A stretch of DNA of 64,000 nt from Verrucomicrobiota bacterium (lineage in GTDB: Bacteria; Verrucomicrobiota; Verrucomicrobiia; Limisphaerales; JBEHZA01): the NCBI GenBank assembly GCA_048497895.1, contig JBEHZA010000001.1:3312-67311 (forward strand), given 5' to 3'. Below, one piece after another: positions 9,525 through 19,244 of this stretch. The stretch's first letter is position 1, and every line of letters begins with the position of its first letter. Under the pieces are notes generated by a model. That model was given only the letters and a program-made list of their open reading frames with translations, made no database searches and was not told the origin of the DNA. The position numbers and the translations under genes were made by a program.

Positions 9525-10496
9525 TTACTTCGCTTTCTCTGGAGCGGGTTCAGCCGCTAAAAATAAATCGTCGGTCCGTGACAACAGCCATCGGGCCCGC
9601 TGTTGCATCACAAGATTGACCAAACGCCATTCGGGTTTGGCATCCACTTTGATGGCCAGCGCCTGTTCCAGCAAGGACTTGAATTCTTTTACATTCTGAT
9701 TTTTTACTGAAACACCTTCTGCCAATGACACCAACGGTCCGGCCTGCAAGCCCTGGCTCAACTCCATCGCGCGGGCGAAGTGCTTGCGGGCCAGGGTCTC
9801 GGCATCTGGACGGGCACCCGGACGCGCCAGCTCATAGGAAATAAGAAAAGCATGCACCGCACCGGAATCAAAGCTCTCATCCAGTTCCAGCGCGCGATCA
9901 ATCAAGGCTTCTGCGAAAGGTAATTCCACCACGGTATCCGGTTGATCCTTGGATAAAGAGATTTCCGCTGCCCAGGCCGCCGCAGTCCAGTAGAGGAAGT
10001 CGACGTCCCGCGTTTTGACGGCTTGCACGGCGGCTTTCGGGTCTTTCCGCAACGCTTGTTCAAAGCCGGGATATTTTACTTCCAGGCCGCGCAGGCCGTA
10101 CTTGCGCGCCCGCGCGTAGAGTTTGCGCGCCCGCAACCGCAACTCCGTGGCTCTCGTCAAATTCTTATCTTCCAACTCGTCCGCTTCCTCCTGCACGAAG
10201 GCGTAGCTGTATTGCGTAAAGCCGCTGGCGGCCGCGAGCAATAAACCGGTATGTTTCGGGGTTTCGGAAAGCAGACTCTCGATCAGTTTAAGGCTGAAAG
10301 GCACCGCGCTTTTGACCAACTCAGGATCATCATCCGAGGCAAAGGAGGTGCCGCTATGTGACAGCGCGTCGCCCAATTTATTCACGGCGATACGCCGCAC
10401 AGAACAACCACTGTTAATTACTAAAAGCAAAGCACCGGTCAAAGCCAGGCCCAACTTGAAAACCGGAAATGAGGGAGAATTTAATTTGAGGTACAT
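9525..10496 (-). CDS. TRAP-transporter-associated TPR lipoprotein, TatT family
   Basis: Starting at the ATG at 10496 gives a lipobox (LLLVINSGCS) and avoids overlap with the upstream gene. The protein is helical and TPR-like, and sits immediately upstream of a DctP-like gene, as in TatT/TatP systems. Confidence 0.6.
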   Translation of the reverse strand: MYLKLNSPSFPVFKLGLALTGALLLVINSGCSVRRIAVNKLGDALSHSGTSFASDDDPELVKSAVPFSLKLIESLLSETPKHTGLLLAAASGFTQYSYAFVQEEADELEDKNLTRATELRLRARKLYARARKYGLRGLEVKYPGFEQALRKDPKAAVQAVKTRDVDFLYWTAAAWAAEISLSKDQPDTVVELPFAEALIDRALELDESFDSGAVHAFLISYELARPGARPDAETLARKHFARAMELSQGLQAGPLVSLAEGVSVKNQNVKEFKSLLEQALAIKVDAKPEWRLVNLVMQQRARWLLSRTDDLFLAAEPAPEKAK

Positions 10497-10512
10497 CCGC
10501 TTTACAACGTGC

Positions 10513-11268
10513 TCATTTGCCATAGCCGGCGAGCGGCTGGCCATCCGCCTGAAGTTTGCCGCAGGACCACAGCAGCCCATTCGCCAGCAGGTGAAGATAC
10601 TCGGGCTGGGTAGCCGTTTTCAAGTCATGCCCCAGGGTGGTGGCAAAAACGTTTCCCGCGCCGTATTTGCTGGTCCAGCAGACGATATGTTCGCGGCCAT
10701 CTTTCGGGCTCTTTACTTTCAGCAACGGGTGGGAATCGGGCAAAAATTCAATAGTTTGATACAACTCGTCTCCCACCGTCTTCCAATCCTCCGGCCAATT
10801 CAGAGTGATCGGACTTTTCGCATCCAATTTCTGCGTGGCAAAGGGTTGGTAGGGGTCATGGACTTTGGAGCGCATACCGCAGCAATTCTCCCATTCATGC
10901 ACGCGGTCGGAACGCCGGAACGCATGCACCGAGCAGTGAATCATGACCGTCGGCTTGCCCGCGTGCGTGGCAGCAATGGCATTATCGAGCAACTGGCCGT
11001 CCGCTTCGTCAAAACACAGGTCGTATACCAAGGCATCATACGCATCCGCAAATTTGGGATCTTTCAATACTGCCATGTCAAATTTCACATCAAAGGTCGC
11101 GTTAACCAGGGCGCTCAAATTCGTGGTCAGATACGGTGCGAGGGTCTTGTAATCGTGGTAACCGCCGCCGGTTAAAAAAAGCACTTTCAACGCCGGCTTA
11201 TCCGCCGCCAAGGCCGCGGGTAGCAACCAACCTAAAGCCAGAATTACTGCCAACAGGCGTTTAATCAT
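10513..11268 (-). CDS. ThuA domain-containing protein (class I glutamine amidotransferase-like fold), secreted
   Basis: Signal peptide, then LKVLFLTGGGYHDYKTL and ATTLGH blocks typical of ThuA-like proteins. Confidence 0.7.
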   Translation of the reverse strand: MIKRLLAVILALGWLLPAALAADKPALKVLFLTGGGYHDYKTLAPYLTTNLSALVNATFDVKFDMAVLKDPKFADAYDALVYDLCFDEADGQLLDNAIAATHAGKPTVMIHCSVHAFRRSDRVHEWENCCGMRSKVHDPYQPFATQKLDAKSPITLNWPEDWKTVGDELYQTIEFLPDSHPLLKVKSPKDGREHIVCWTSKYGAGNVFATTLGHDLKTATQPEYLHLLANGLLWSCGKLQADGQPLAGYGK

Positions 11269-11403
11269 ATAAACCCTCTTTCTAGCAGATGATCCCCGAC
11301 GATGCCAGAGTGAAAATAGGTTTGATAGGAGTTGGACGGAAAGGGCGAAAGGCCGTTCAATAAACCGGATCGGGAATGGAAGGCAGACGCTTAGCCAGAG
11401 ATC

Positions 11404-12009
11404 TTACCGCATGGCCACCTGATCGGGATCGGGGGTTGGCTCAGGAATTTCGCTGAGGTGCGAGAAAGCCGGGTTGAGCCCCTTCTTCAGCATGATCTTG
11501 CCGATAATCTGGTGGCGGTTGTATTCCCCGTGAACGTGCATGGACTGCAACATCGAACGGTTATCGCCAATCACAAAAAACTGGTCTGGACCCAGAGTCC
11601 GCACTGTTTCATGCCAGGGCTGACGCGCCTTCACATAGGCCCGCTCATCCAAAGGTTTGCCATTAATCAGAACTACGCCCTGCTTGATTTCCACCGTTTC
11701 GCCGGGCAAAGCAATAATACGCTTGAGCAACAGGTAATGCTTGCCCTGCTCGTGAATGGCGACGATGTCCCCCCGCTTGACCGGACTCACGTAAATCGCC
11801 AGCCGGTTGATGAAATTAATCGTTCCATCCATGTACGTCGGGAACATGCTGACACCTTCCACCTGAATGGGAACAAAGACGTATTTGGAAAGTAAAACGG
11901 TGCCGAGGATGAGCACACAAATGCGCGTCAATGTCTTTAAGGGGTTTTTCCCGAAGACCCACCTCTTCCAATTCGATCCGGAAGAGCTGACTGTTTGCGT
12001 GGTTTGCAT
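11404..12009 (-). CDS. lepB: Signal peptidase I (S26 family)
   Basis: N-terminal TM segment, VEGVSMFPTY (the Ser box), LLKRIIALPGE (the Lys box) and GDNRS box E. Confidence 0.8.
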   Translation of the reverse strand: MQTTQTVSSSGSNWKRWVFGKNPLKTLTRICVLILGTVLLSKYVFVPIQVEGVSMFPTYMDGTINFINRLAIYVSPVKRGDIVAIHEQGKHYLLLKRIIALPGETVEIKQGVVLINGKPLDERAYVKARQPWHETVRTLGPDQFFVIGDNRSMLQSMHVHGEYNRHQIIGKIMLKKGLNPAFSHLSEIPEPTPDPDQVAMR

Positions 12010-12149
12010 AACCGTCCGGTGTGTGCTTGCAAGTAAGAGACGTCAGTTCGGATTTTATTTCAAGACAATATTGTTCACCTCAACAGCATATCTAATACAA
12101 ACTCACTCCATTTTTACCCCACGAAATCAACCGTCGAAACTGGCAGAAC

Positions 12150-13619
12150 TCAAGAAACTTTAAACGGCAACACGGCGGCCAGAATCAATGTCCCGATTAA
12201 GCCGCAAATGGAAATGGCCGTCAGCAAGATCGTCCAGGTGCTGAGGGTCTCGCGTTCGGTAAAACCAGCCAGCCGGCTCACCACCCAGAACCCGCTGTCG
12301 TTCATCCACGAAACGCCAATCGCTCCGTAACCAATCGCCAGAAACAAATAAACCGGATGATAGGGCAAACTGCCTGCGTCGTTGATCAACGGTACAATCA
12401 TTGCCGAAGTCGTCAACATGGCAACGGTGGCCGAACCTTGAGCGATGCGCATAATCAAGGAAACCAGCCAGCCCAGAATGAGCAGATTAACACTGTGACC
12501 AGCGGCCACCGCCTTGATGGCATCCCCCACCCCGGCATGTTTTAACATCAGCCCGAACGCCCCACCCGCACTGGTGATCAAAATCATAATCCCGGCCGTC
12601 TCCAACGGCTGACCAACCAGTTCACCCACTTTCGAGAAACTGAAGCCCCGCTGTTTCATGAGCACGGCCACGGAAATAAACGATCCGATAATCAAGGCCG
12701 TATTGCGATTACCCAGAAATTCCACCCAATCGAACAACAGTGGATAATTAGCCTTCAAGAGCAGGTGTCCTTGCGCATCCTTGATGGCTTGAAAGACCGA
12801 GGCGATCGAAATGAGAAGAATGGGGAGGATGACGGGAAGAATGGAAAGCGTAAACGAAGGCAGTTCCTTTTCGTCTTTCTCCACGATTTTATGCAAATCC
12901 GCTAGCGGCGAACCGGGCGTTTCGCGCAAAGGCACTTCGATGCGGCTATTAATCCACTTGGCCGTGAACCACGCGCCAGCCAGCGGAATCAGCCCGCTCA
13001 GCAACCCGAAAATAATCGAAAGCCCTAAATCGACCTTCAAGGTCTCCGCCATGGCCAACGGGCCCGGATGAGGCGCCACCATCGAATGCGTAATCACGCC
13101 GGAGGCGCAAATGGCCAGCGTGTACAGCACGTAATCTTTGCCGGTGCGCAAACGCATCGCCTTGGCCAGCGGCACGAGCAACATGAAAAGGGTGTCGAAG
13201 AAAATCGGAATGGAGACGACGTAGGTACTCAACAAAACCGCCAAACCGGCCCGCTTTTCACCGAAGACTGCCAGAAACCGGCGCACCACTTTATCCGCCG
13301 CACCGCTCTCCATCAGACACATGCTGATCAGCGACGCGAGACCAATGACGATGCCGATTCTTCCGGCGGTGTTGCCAAATTCCTGCGTGGTTAATTCCAC
13401 TGCCTGCACCCAGTGGCTTTTCTCCGGTTCGCCCGGCAGACTGCCCGGAGCGGAGAGCAAACCCGCCGTAATCGCCGTCAACGTCAGTGCGAGGAACGCA
13501 TGCACCCGCAACTTCGTGATCAGCACAATGATCATCGTCACACAGATGATCAGCACGGCAAAAGGCCACATCGAAACATTCGCGGAGCTTGCAGTAACGG
13601 CAAAAAGGGCCATCGGCAA
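12150..13619 (-). CDS. GntP family permease (gluconate/organic-acid:H+ symporter-like)
   Basis: About 489 aa and polytopic, with GntP-like blocks (GNTAGRIGIVIGLASLI, ILITSAGGAFG, GSATVAM). Confidence 0.8.
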   Translation of the reverse strand: MPMALFAVTASSANVSMWPFAVLIICVTMIIVLITKLRVHAFLALTLTAITAGLLSAPGSLPGEPEKSHWVQAVELTTQEFGNTAGRIGIVIGLASLISMCLMESGAADKVVRRFLAVFGEKRAGLAVLLSTYVVSIPIFFDTLFMLLVPLAKAMRLRTGKDYVLYTLAICASGVITHSMVAPHPGPLAMAETLKVDLGLSIIFGLLSGLIPLAGAWFTAKWINSRIEVPLRETPGSPLADLHKIVEKDEKELPSFTLSILPVILPILLISIASVFQAIKDAQGHLLLKANYPLLFDWVEFLGNRNTALIIGSFISVAVLMKQRGFSFSKVGELVGQPLETAGIMILITSAGGAFGLMLKHAGVGDAIKAVAAGHSVNLLILGWLVSLIMRIAQGSATVAMLTTSAMIVPLINDAGSLPYHPVYLFLAIGYGAIGVSWMNDSGFWVVSRLAGFTERETLSTWTILLTAISICGLIGTLILAAVLPFKVS

Positions 13620-13710
13620 AAACGGTTATAATTGGGTTTTTTGGACGGCCTAAAGGGAAACGCAATCAACCGTGGTTGTCTATGATTTTTTGCGAAACAT
13701 CAAAACCGGA

Positions 13711-13742
13711 TTTTAACCGCGAAATACGCAGAATACGCGGAA
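13711..13742. repeat. Left arm of the perfect 32-nt inverted repeat flanking the GxxExxY gene
   Basis: ttttaaccgcgaaatacgcagaatacgcggaa. Its exact reverse complement lies at 14269..14300. Confidence 0.95.
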
Positions 13743-13810
13743 AGGGAAAAACCTTGTTACTGTATTTAGAAGGCATTGCGTATTTTGATCCGCTTAAGTA
13801 GTTATTTCTG

Positions 13811-14224
13811 ATGGATGCAGATTTACTCTTTCGGGAGGAAAGCTATCGAATCATCGGCGCGTGCTTTGAAGTTTATCGTGAAAAAGGATGCGGTTTTCTG
13901 GAGGCCGTTTATCAGGAGTGCATGGAGATGGAATTGCACCTTCAAGGAATTCCTTTCGTTGCTAAAAAGCCTCTCCCGCTCGAATATAAAGGGCTACCAC
14001 TTCGCAGCAGCTATGAACCGGATCTCATTTGTCACGATAAAATCATCGTTGAGCTAAAAGCGGTCAAAGACCTGTGTGACGAACATCGCGCGCAAGTGCA
14101 GAACTATCTAAAGGCCACCGGCTTCCAGCTTGGGCTATTGGTCAATTTCGGTCATTTTCCAAAAATGGAAATAGAACGTCTAGTCAACACACGCGGAAGG
14201 TATGGAAATCAAATATCCAGTTGA
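13811..14224 (+). CDS. GxxExxY protein (PD-(D/E)XK-like family)
   Basis: The motif GFLEAVY (GxxExxY) follows the N-terminal IIGACFEVYREKG block. EPDLIC...IIVELK resembles a PD-(D/E)XK core. Length is 137 aa. Confidence 0.85.
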   Translation: MDADLLFREESYRIIGACFEVYREKGCGFLEAVYQECMEMELHLQGIPFVAKKPLPLEYKGLPLRSSYEPDLICHDKIIVELKAVKDLCDEHRAQVQNYLKATGFQLGLLVNFGHFPKMEIERLVNTRGRYGNQISS

Positions 14225-14268
14225 GTTAAAACTGTAAATCACTCAAATAAATTCCGCCTCTTTTCCGC

Positions 14269-14300
14269 TTCCGCGTATTCTGCGTATTTCGCGGTTAAAA
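14269..14300. repeat. Right arm of the perfect 32-nt inverted repeat flanking the GxxExxY gene
   Basis: ttccgcgtattctgcgtatttcgcggttaaaa is the exact reverse complement of 13711..13742. It ends 4 nt before the trpS stop codon. Confidence 0.95.
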
Positions 14301-14304
14301 AAAT

Positions 14305-15270
14305 TTAGTCCAGGCCGCTGGCTACTTTGGCGCGGTGCAATACCTTTTCGGCAACGACGCGCGCGCGGTTCGCACCATCGTTCAGCACACCGTGAACATA
14401 ATCCAGGTTGGCCGCGAGTTCCGCGCGCTTCGCTCGCGCTGGAGCAAAATAATTCCAGTAATGCTCGAACAGCGCTTTCTTCAGATCGCCGTAGCCCAAT
14501 CCGCCCGCGCGCAAACGATCTTCAAAATCCTTCGCCACTTCCGGCGGGGCCACGAGTTTCAAGAGCTGGATGGCGATGTTTTTCTCCGCATCCGGCTTTG
14601 GTTCCGCGGGAGTGCGACTGTCCATCACCAACCCCATGATTTTTTTGCGGGTGGCTTTTTCTTCGCCGAAAATCTCGATGGTATTGCCGTAACTCTTGCT
14701 CATCTTCTGGCCGTCGGTGCCGGGCACCAAAGCCACTTCCTCACGAATGCGCGGCTCGGGAATCACGAACGTTGTACCGTAAGCTTCGTTAAACTTGGTG
14801 GCAATGTCGCGCGTCATCTCTACGTGCTGCTTCTGATCCTTGCCTACGGGCACCACGTTGGAATCGTAGAGTAAAATATCCGCAGCCATCAGCACCGGGT
14901 AAGCGAAGAGGCCGTGATAGGGAGAAATACCCTTGGCGACCTTATCCTTGTAGCTGTGTGCGCGCTCCAGCAATCCCATCGGCGTCAGGGTCGTCAAAAT
15001 CCACGCCAGCTCGGTCACTTCCACCACATCGGATTGCTTGAAGAAAACCGCTTTCTTCGGGTCAATGCCGCACGCGAGGAAATCCAGCGCCACATCCAAG
15101 GAATTCTTGCGCCGTTGTTCGGCATCGAACAGCGACGTCATCGAATGGTAGTTGGCGATGAAGTAATAGGCCTCGCCCTGATCCTGCAATTCGATCGAAG
15201 GCCGCATCATCCCGAAGTAATTCCCAAGATGGAGCGCGCCTGAAGGCTGGATACCGGATAAAATTCGCAT
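14305..15270 (-). CDS. trpS: Tryptophan--tRNA ligase
   Basis: MRILSGIQPSGALHLGNYFG (HIGH-type motif) and KMSKS. The ATG at 15270 avoids overlap with the upstream SIS gene. Confidence 0.9.
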   Translation of the reverse strand: MRILSGIQPSGALHLGNYFGMMRPSIELQDQGEAYYFIANYHSMTSLFDAEQRRKNSLDVALDFLACGIDPKKAVFFKQSDVVEVTELAWILTTLTPMGLLERAHSYKDKVAKGISPYHGLFAYPVLMAADILLYDSNVVPVGKDQKQHVEMTRDIATKFNEAYGTTFVIPEPRIREEVALVPGTDGQKMSKSYGNTIEIFGEEKATRKKIMGLVMDSRTPAEPKPDAEKNIAIQLLKLVAPPEVAKDFEDRLRAGGLGYGDLKKALFEHYWNYFAPARAKRAELAANLDYVHGVLNDGANRARVVAEKVLHRAKVASGLD

Positions 15271-15293
15271 CGTGCGGAAAAGATTGGACGGCG

Positions 15294-15863
15294 CTATTTC
15301 TGAAATTCCGGTAACTCCATGAAGGCGTAACAGAGCGTGTGGCAAATGCCCATGTGCGCATCTTCCACGCGACCGTAGTGCGTGTCGTTAATGACGATCA
15401 CTTGTTGCGCGATTTCGGCGAGCTTGCCGCGCTTGGCTCCGACGAGCGCCACGGTTTTCAATCCGTTTTGATTCGCCCATTCCACGGCTTTTACGAGGTT
15501 CGGGGAACTGCCGCTGACACTCATCACCATGACGACGTCACCAGCTTTGCCGTAGTTTTGCAACTGGCGGGAAAACACTTCGTCGTAGGAGTAATCATTG
15601 CCGAGGGCCGTCATCCAACTGACATTGTCGTTGAGCGAAAGCACGCGGAAACGTTTCTTGAGTTTGTCCGAAGCGCCTTTGCCCAAATCAGTTGCGAAAT
15701 GCGAAGCGTTGGCCGCGCTGCCGCCATTGCCAAAGACAAAGAATTGGCGGTCTTCTTTTAAGACGGTCTGCATTTCACCGACTAAACGCGCAACGGCATC
15801 GACTGGGATCGAGTCCAAAGCCGCCTTCTGCGCCCGAATATAATCACTAAACCATTGATTCAT
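15294..15863 (-). CDS. SIS domain protein, phosphoheptose isomerase (GmhA)/DiaA-like
   Basis: FGNGGSAANASHFATDL and VMSVSGSSPNLVKA parallel the GmhA blocks CGNGGS...HFAEEL and ISTSGNS. Confidence 0.7.
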   Translation of the reverse strand: MNQWFSDYIRAQKAALDSIPVDAVARLVGEMQTVLKEDRQFFVFGNGGSAANASHFATDLGKGASDKLKKRFRVLSLNDNVSWMTALGNDYSYDEVFSRQLQNYGKAGDVVMVMSVSGSSPNLVKAVEWANQNGLKTVALVGAKRGKLAEIAQQVIVINDTHYGRVEDAHMGICHTLCYAFMELPEFQK

Positions 15864-15930
15864 GTCGCGGTATGATGGATGGCTTCCGCCAGTTTGTCAG
15901 CGGGAAATTTGTTAAGAGTCTGTCTCAAAA

Positions 15931-16848
15931 TTATTGAGCGGATTTGGCCAGCAGCAAAGCGCCCACCGGCACAGGGTCTTCCCCCAAGGCCGCCAGTTTG
16001 ATTTGCGGTCCCGGCGCAAAGGCTTCCATGACAAAGCGAGGCAATACATCCGCCACGGCCTGACGCAACGGTTCGCCGATCAGGGAAAGCCCACCACCAA
16101 GGATAACCACTTCGGGATGAAGCAGATGAACAACGTGCGAAAGGCCAAAGGCCAGGTCTTCGGCGGTTTCCGCCAGGACCTGTTTGGCCGCTTTATCCCC
16201 CTTCGCCAGAGCGGGGGCAAGATGCCGGGCTTCACCGCCGGGCGTCTTGTCCAGCATTCGGCTCAAGGCACTGCGAGGGTGGGTCTTTTTTAAGGCGCGA
16301 ATCTTACGATCCACGGCCCAACCGGCACAGCGGGATTCGACGATCGTTCCGCGCCGATCCAGCCGCACATGGCCAATCTCCACTTCCCCCGGTTTCGCCC
16401 CATGATAAATTTGACCATTCACCGCTAAACCACCGCCGACGCCGCTGCCCATGGTAATGTAAAATGAGGGGTTAAAGCCGACGCCCGCCCCTTTCAGGGC
16501 TTCGCCCAACGAGGCCACGTTCGCGTCGTTGTCCACCTTCACCGGCAATTTGGTTAAAGAGCGCAACCAATCGCCCAGATCAAATTCCGACCACCCTTCA
16601 ATTTGATGCGAACAACAGATTTTGCCCGTCTTCCAATCGACAGGGCCGCCGAAGCCAACACCAATGGCTGCGGGTTTGGCGTCCGCGATCAACTCCGGCA
16701 AGGTCGTCTTGATCTGCTCGCGAATACCTTCACCGCCTTTGGCTTTGTCCACCGCCAGGCGACGGCGTTCCAGAATGTTGCCATGTTCGTCACCGGTGAC
16801 GATTTGCAATTTGGTGCCACCAATTTCAATTCCGAGATAGGTGCTCAT
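15931..16848 (-). CDS. ROK family sugar kinase (glucokinase-like)
   Basis: N-terminal LGIEIGGTKLQIV ATP-binding block, DNDANVASLGE, and ROK-like length of 305 aa. Confidence 0.8.
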   Translation of the reverse strand: MSTYLGIEIGGTKLQIVTGDEHGNILERRRLAVDKAKGGEGIREQIKTTLPELIADAKPAAIGVGFGGPVDWKTGKICCSHQIEGWSEFDLGDWLRSLTKLPVKVDNDANVASLGEALKGAGVGFNPSFYITMGSGVGGGLAVNGQIYHGAKPGEVEIGHVRLDRRGTIVESRCAGWAVDRKIRALKKTHPRSALSRMLDKTPGGEARHLAPALAKGDKAAKQVLAETAEDLAFGLSHVVHLLHPEVVILGGGLSLIGEPLRQAVADVLPRFVMEAFAPGPQIKLAALGEDPVPVGALLLAKSAQ

Positions 16849-16869
16849 GAAAAATATATGATTCGTGAA

Positions 16870-17454
16870 TCAGATCAGGCGAAAATAATCAGGCTCCTTG
16901 CCCGGTTTCCATTTAATGTTACAGCCAAGGCTGGGAATTTGTTCGACCGTAATAGGCTGACCGGCGAGTAATTGATCCACTGCTTGCCGCAAAGTTTCAC
17001 CGGTTACCGGGATCGGATTGCGTCGGCGTGCGGCATCCATTTGACCGCGGTAAACCAACTTGCGAGCCTGATCGAACAGAAAAAAGTCCGGCGTGCAGGC
17101 AGCGCGATAGGCTTGAGCCACGGTCTGGCTCTCATCATAAAGGTAGGGAAACGTATAACCCGCCTGACGGGCTTCCAACGCCATCTTCTCCGGTGAATCA
17201 TCCGGATACATCACTGCATCATTGGCACTGATGCCGGCCACGGCCACTCCACGCGCCTGAAAATCCTTCGCCATCTGCGTCATACCTGCCTGGATGTGCT
17301 TCACGTAAGGACAGTGATTGCAGAGGAACATCACCAACAAGGCGGGCGCAGCGGAGAAATCTTTAAGGGAAACGATTCGCCCGTTCGTATCCGGCAAGGA
17401 AAAATCCGGCGCAGGCGAACCTAAAGCCAACATGGTTGAGAGCGTTTGTGCCAT
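16870..17454 (-). CDS. Thioredoxin-fold redoxin (AhpC/TSA-like) protein
   Basis: APDFSLPDTNGR...LVMFLCNHCPYV contains a CxxC in a thioredoxin-like context. Confidence 0.7.
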   Translation of the reverse strand: MAQTLSTMLALGSPAPDFSLPDTNGRIVSLKDFSAAPALLVMFLCNHCPYVKHIQAGMTQMAKDFQARGVAVAGISANDAVMYPDDSPEKMALEARQAGYTFPYLYDESQTVAQAYRAACTPDFFLFDQARKLVYRGQMDAARRRNPIPVTGETLRQAVDQLLAGQPITVEQIPSLGCNIKWKPGKEPDYFRLI

Positions 17455-17644
17455 AACTCAAACTCGTATTGCGCCACAGGTTAAAAGAATTTCCGCACGT
17501 TTGGATAGTGGGAAATTTTGAGGTGGCAAGTGTGAAACTGAGTTTGGTTGGTTTTGGAATAAACGGAAGCGCTTCCCCAAAGCGCGCTTACGAACTCAAT
17601 GCGACTTGCCAAGTCCGCAAATCGCCAACTTGCATTTTCCTGCT

Positions 17645-19075
17645 CTACTTTGACAGCCGGTCCAGCACGTTGCGGGTGATGCGATCCACCATTTTATCAC
17701 CGCCGCGCAAGCCGTGGGCCCAGTCCGTAGTAGCCGCAGTAAAGACGGTTCCACCACGTGTATAGATGCCCATGCAGGCGTTACCGATGCGGCCTTTTTC
17801 CCAGCGTTCATACCATTCACAATCGTCCGGATGCCAGCTTACGGGACAAGTGCTCAGAACGGTGAATGTCTCCGGCGTGCCATCGCGATGCGTGGCAAAC
17901 GGGAGGCCGTCGCGCCATTCCAATTCGCAACCGTCGGTCTCATAACCTACAATGCTGTCTTTCGCGCCAAAGACATCACCGCGCTTCAGACCAGTGCCGG
18001 CAAACACCCAATGTTCGGGTTGATGCACGGTATATTCCGCCGGTTCATTCATGAATTGACCATGGCTTTTGCGATAACCGCCCCACAGGAAGCCAACGCC
18101 CGTAAGCTGATTTTCCGGGCGTTTCACCAGATAGTGGCTCCACGCGGTTGAAAGGTTTTTGAAATCACCCGCTTTGTAAGCCGGGTCCGTAAAGTAGTTC
18201 TGTTTCCAGGTAGTAAACGCGCGGCCGTTGTCTTCGGTGCGGGTCTGCCAGCAAACCGAATTGCCGCTGAAGAAAGCGGCGTTACCTCCCTGGGCGATGA
18301 ATTTCTCCAGTGCGTCCCGCATAGGGCCGCTCCAATATTCATCGTGGCCAACACTGAGCACGAGCCGGTAATGCGCGAGCAGTTCCGGATGAAATTCCAG
18401 ATCGCTGTTCACGGCGTAATCGAGCACGTAACCATTGCGCTCCGCCCAAATTACGAAGGGTTGTTCCCAATTCGGAAATTGAGAGCGGGTCGGGCGATCG
18501 AAGGAAACGCGATTGCCCTGATTTTTGCCAAAACCGTGATAACCGTAAACGCTGAAGCCACCCCAATTGTTATAGGCGTTGTAGGTATTCGCGCAGAGTT
18601 GCAGGAGGATCGTCGTTCGCTTGCCTGGATCAACCGGGCGCACAACAAACCAGGCTTCGCTCTCGGCGGTGCGTTTGCCGCGTTGCGTCCAGACACCGCC
18701 ATTATCCTCGCTATGAAACTTCGCGACGTAATAACCGCTGCGCCAATCCGGCGAGACCGGCACTCGAAATGCCTCAGGCCAGCCACACCCGAAGGAGGAG
18801 GCATTTTCCGGCACCGGATAAGCGTGGCCAGGCAGATCTTTCTTGCTCCAAACGACGACATTCGTAGCGCCAATCCGGGAGATTTCCACCGAGAATTTAG
18901 CCGTGCCGGTGGACACGTGGAAGGAAACCTCTTCGCCAGGCACGACACTCTGCTGGCCGGTGTAACCCTCGATGAAAATTGGCGGACTGTCTTCCGCGGC
19001 AAATACCGGGGCAGTGAAAAAAAGCGCAACAAACAACGCCAGGAAGCGAGAGTAAAGGTGATTCATAGGCGACAC
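17645..19075 (-). CDS. Secreted protein resembling the N,N-dimethylformamidase large-subunit family
   Basis: Signal peptide, then the block LLQLCANTYNAYNNWGGFSVYG and the later GHDEYWS, recalled from that family. Not verified by any search. Confidence 0.45.
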   Translation of the reverse strand: MSPMNHLYSRFLALFVALFFTAPVFAAEDSPPIFIEGYTGQQSVVPGEEVSFHVSTGTAKFSVEISRIGATNVVVWSKKDLPGHAYPVPENASSFGCGWPEAFRVPVSPDWRSGYYVAKFHSEDNGGVWTQRGKRTAESEAWFVVRPVDPGKRTTILLQLCANTYNAYNNWGGFSVYGYHGFGKNQGNRVSFDRPTRSQFPNWEQPFVIWAERNGYVLDYAVNSDLEFHPELLAHYRLVLSVGHDEYWSGPMRDALEKFIAQGGNAAFFSGNSVCWQTRTEDNGRAFTTWKQNYFTDPAYKAGDFKNLSTAWSHYLVKRPENQLTGVGFLWGGYRKSHGQFMNEPAEYTVHQPEHWVFAGTGLKRGDVFGAKDSIVGYETDGCELEWRDGLPFATHRDGTPETFTVLSTCPVSWHPDDCEWYERWEKGRIGNACMGIYTRGGTVFTAATTDWAHGLRGGDKMVDRITRNVLDRLSK

Positions 19076-19244
19076 GTTATTGTTATCAACGTGGGTTCGC
19101 TTGGAAAGCAGATTGTGGTGCGAACGCGTTCATTGCCCATAAATGGCGGTTCTGCTCTATCAACAGCGCGGCAACTGCTTTTGTCGATCTTGAATTGTAA
19201 TGGCGCTGAAATCAGCGGGCAGATATGATGCGGCTTCTTTCAGT

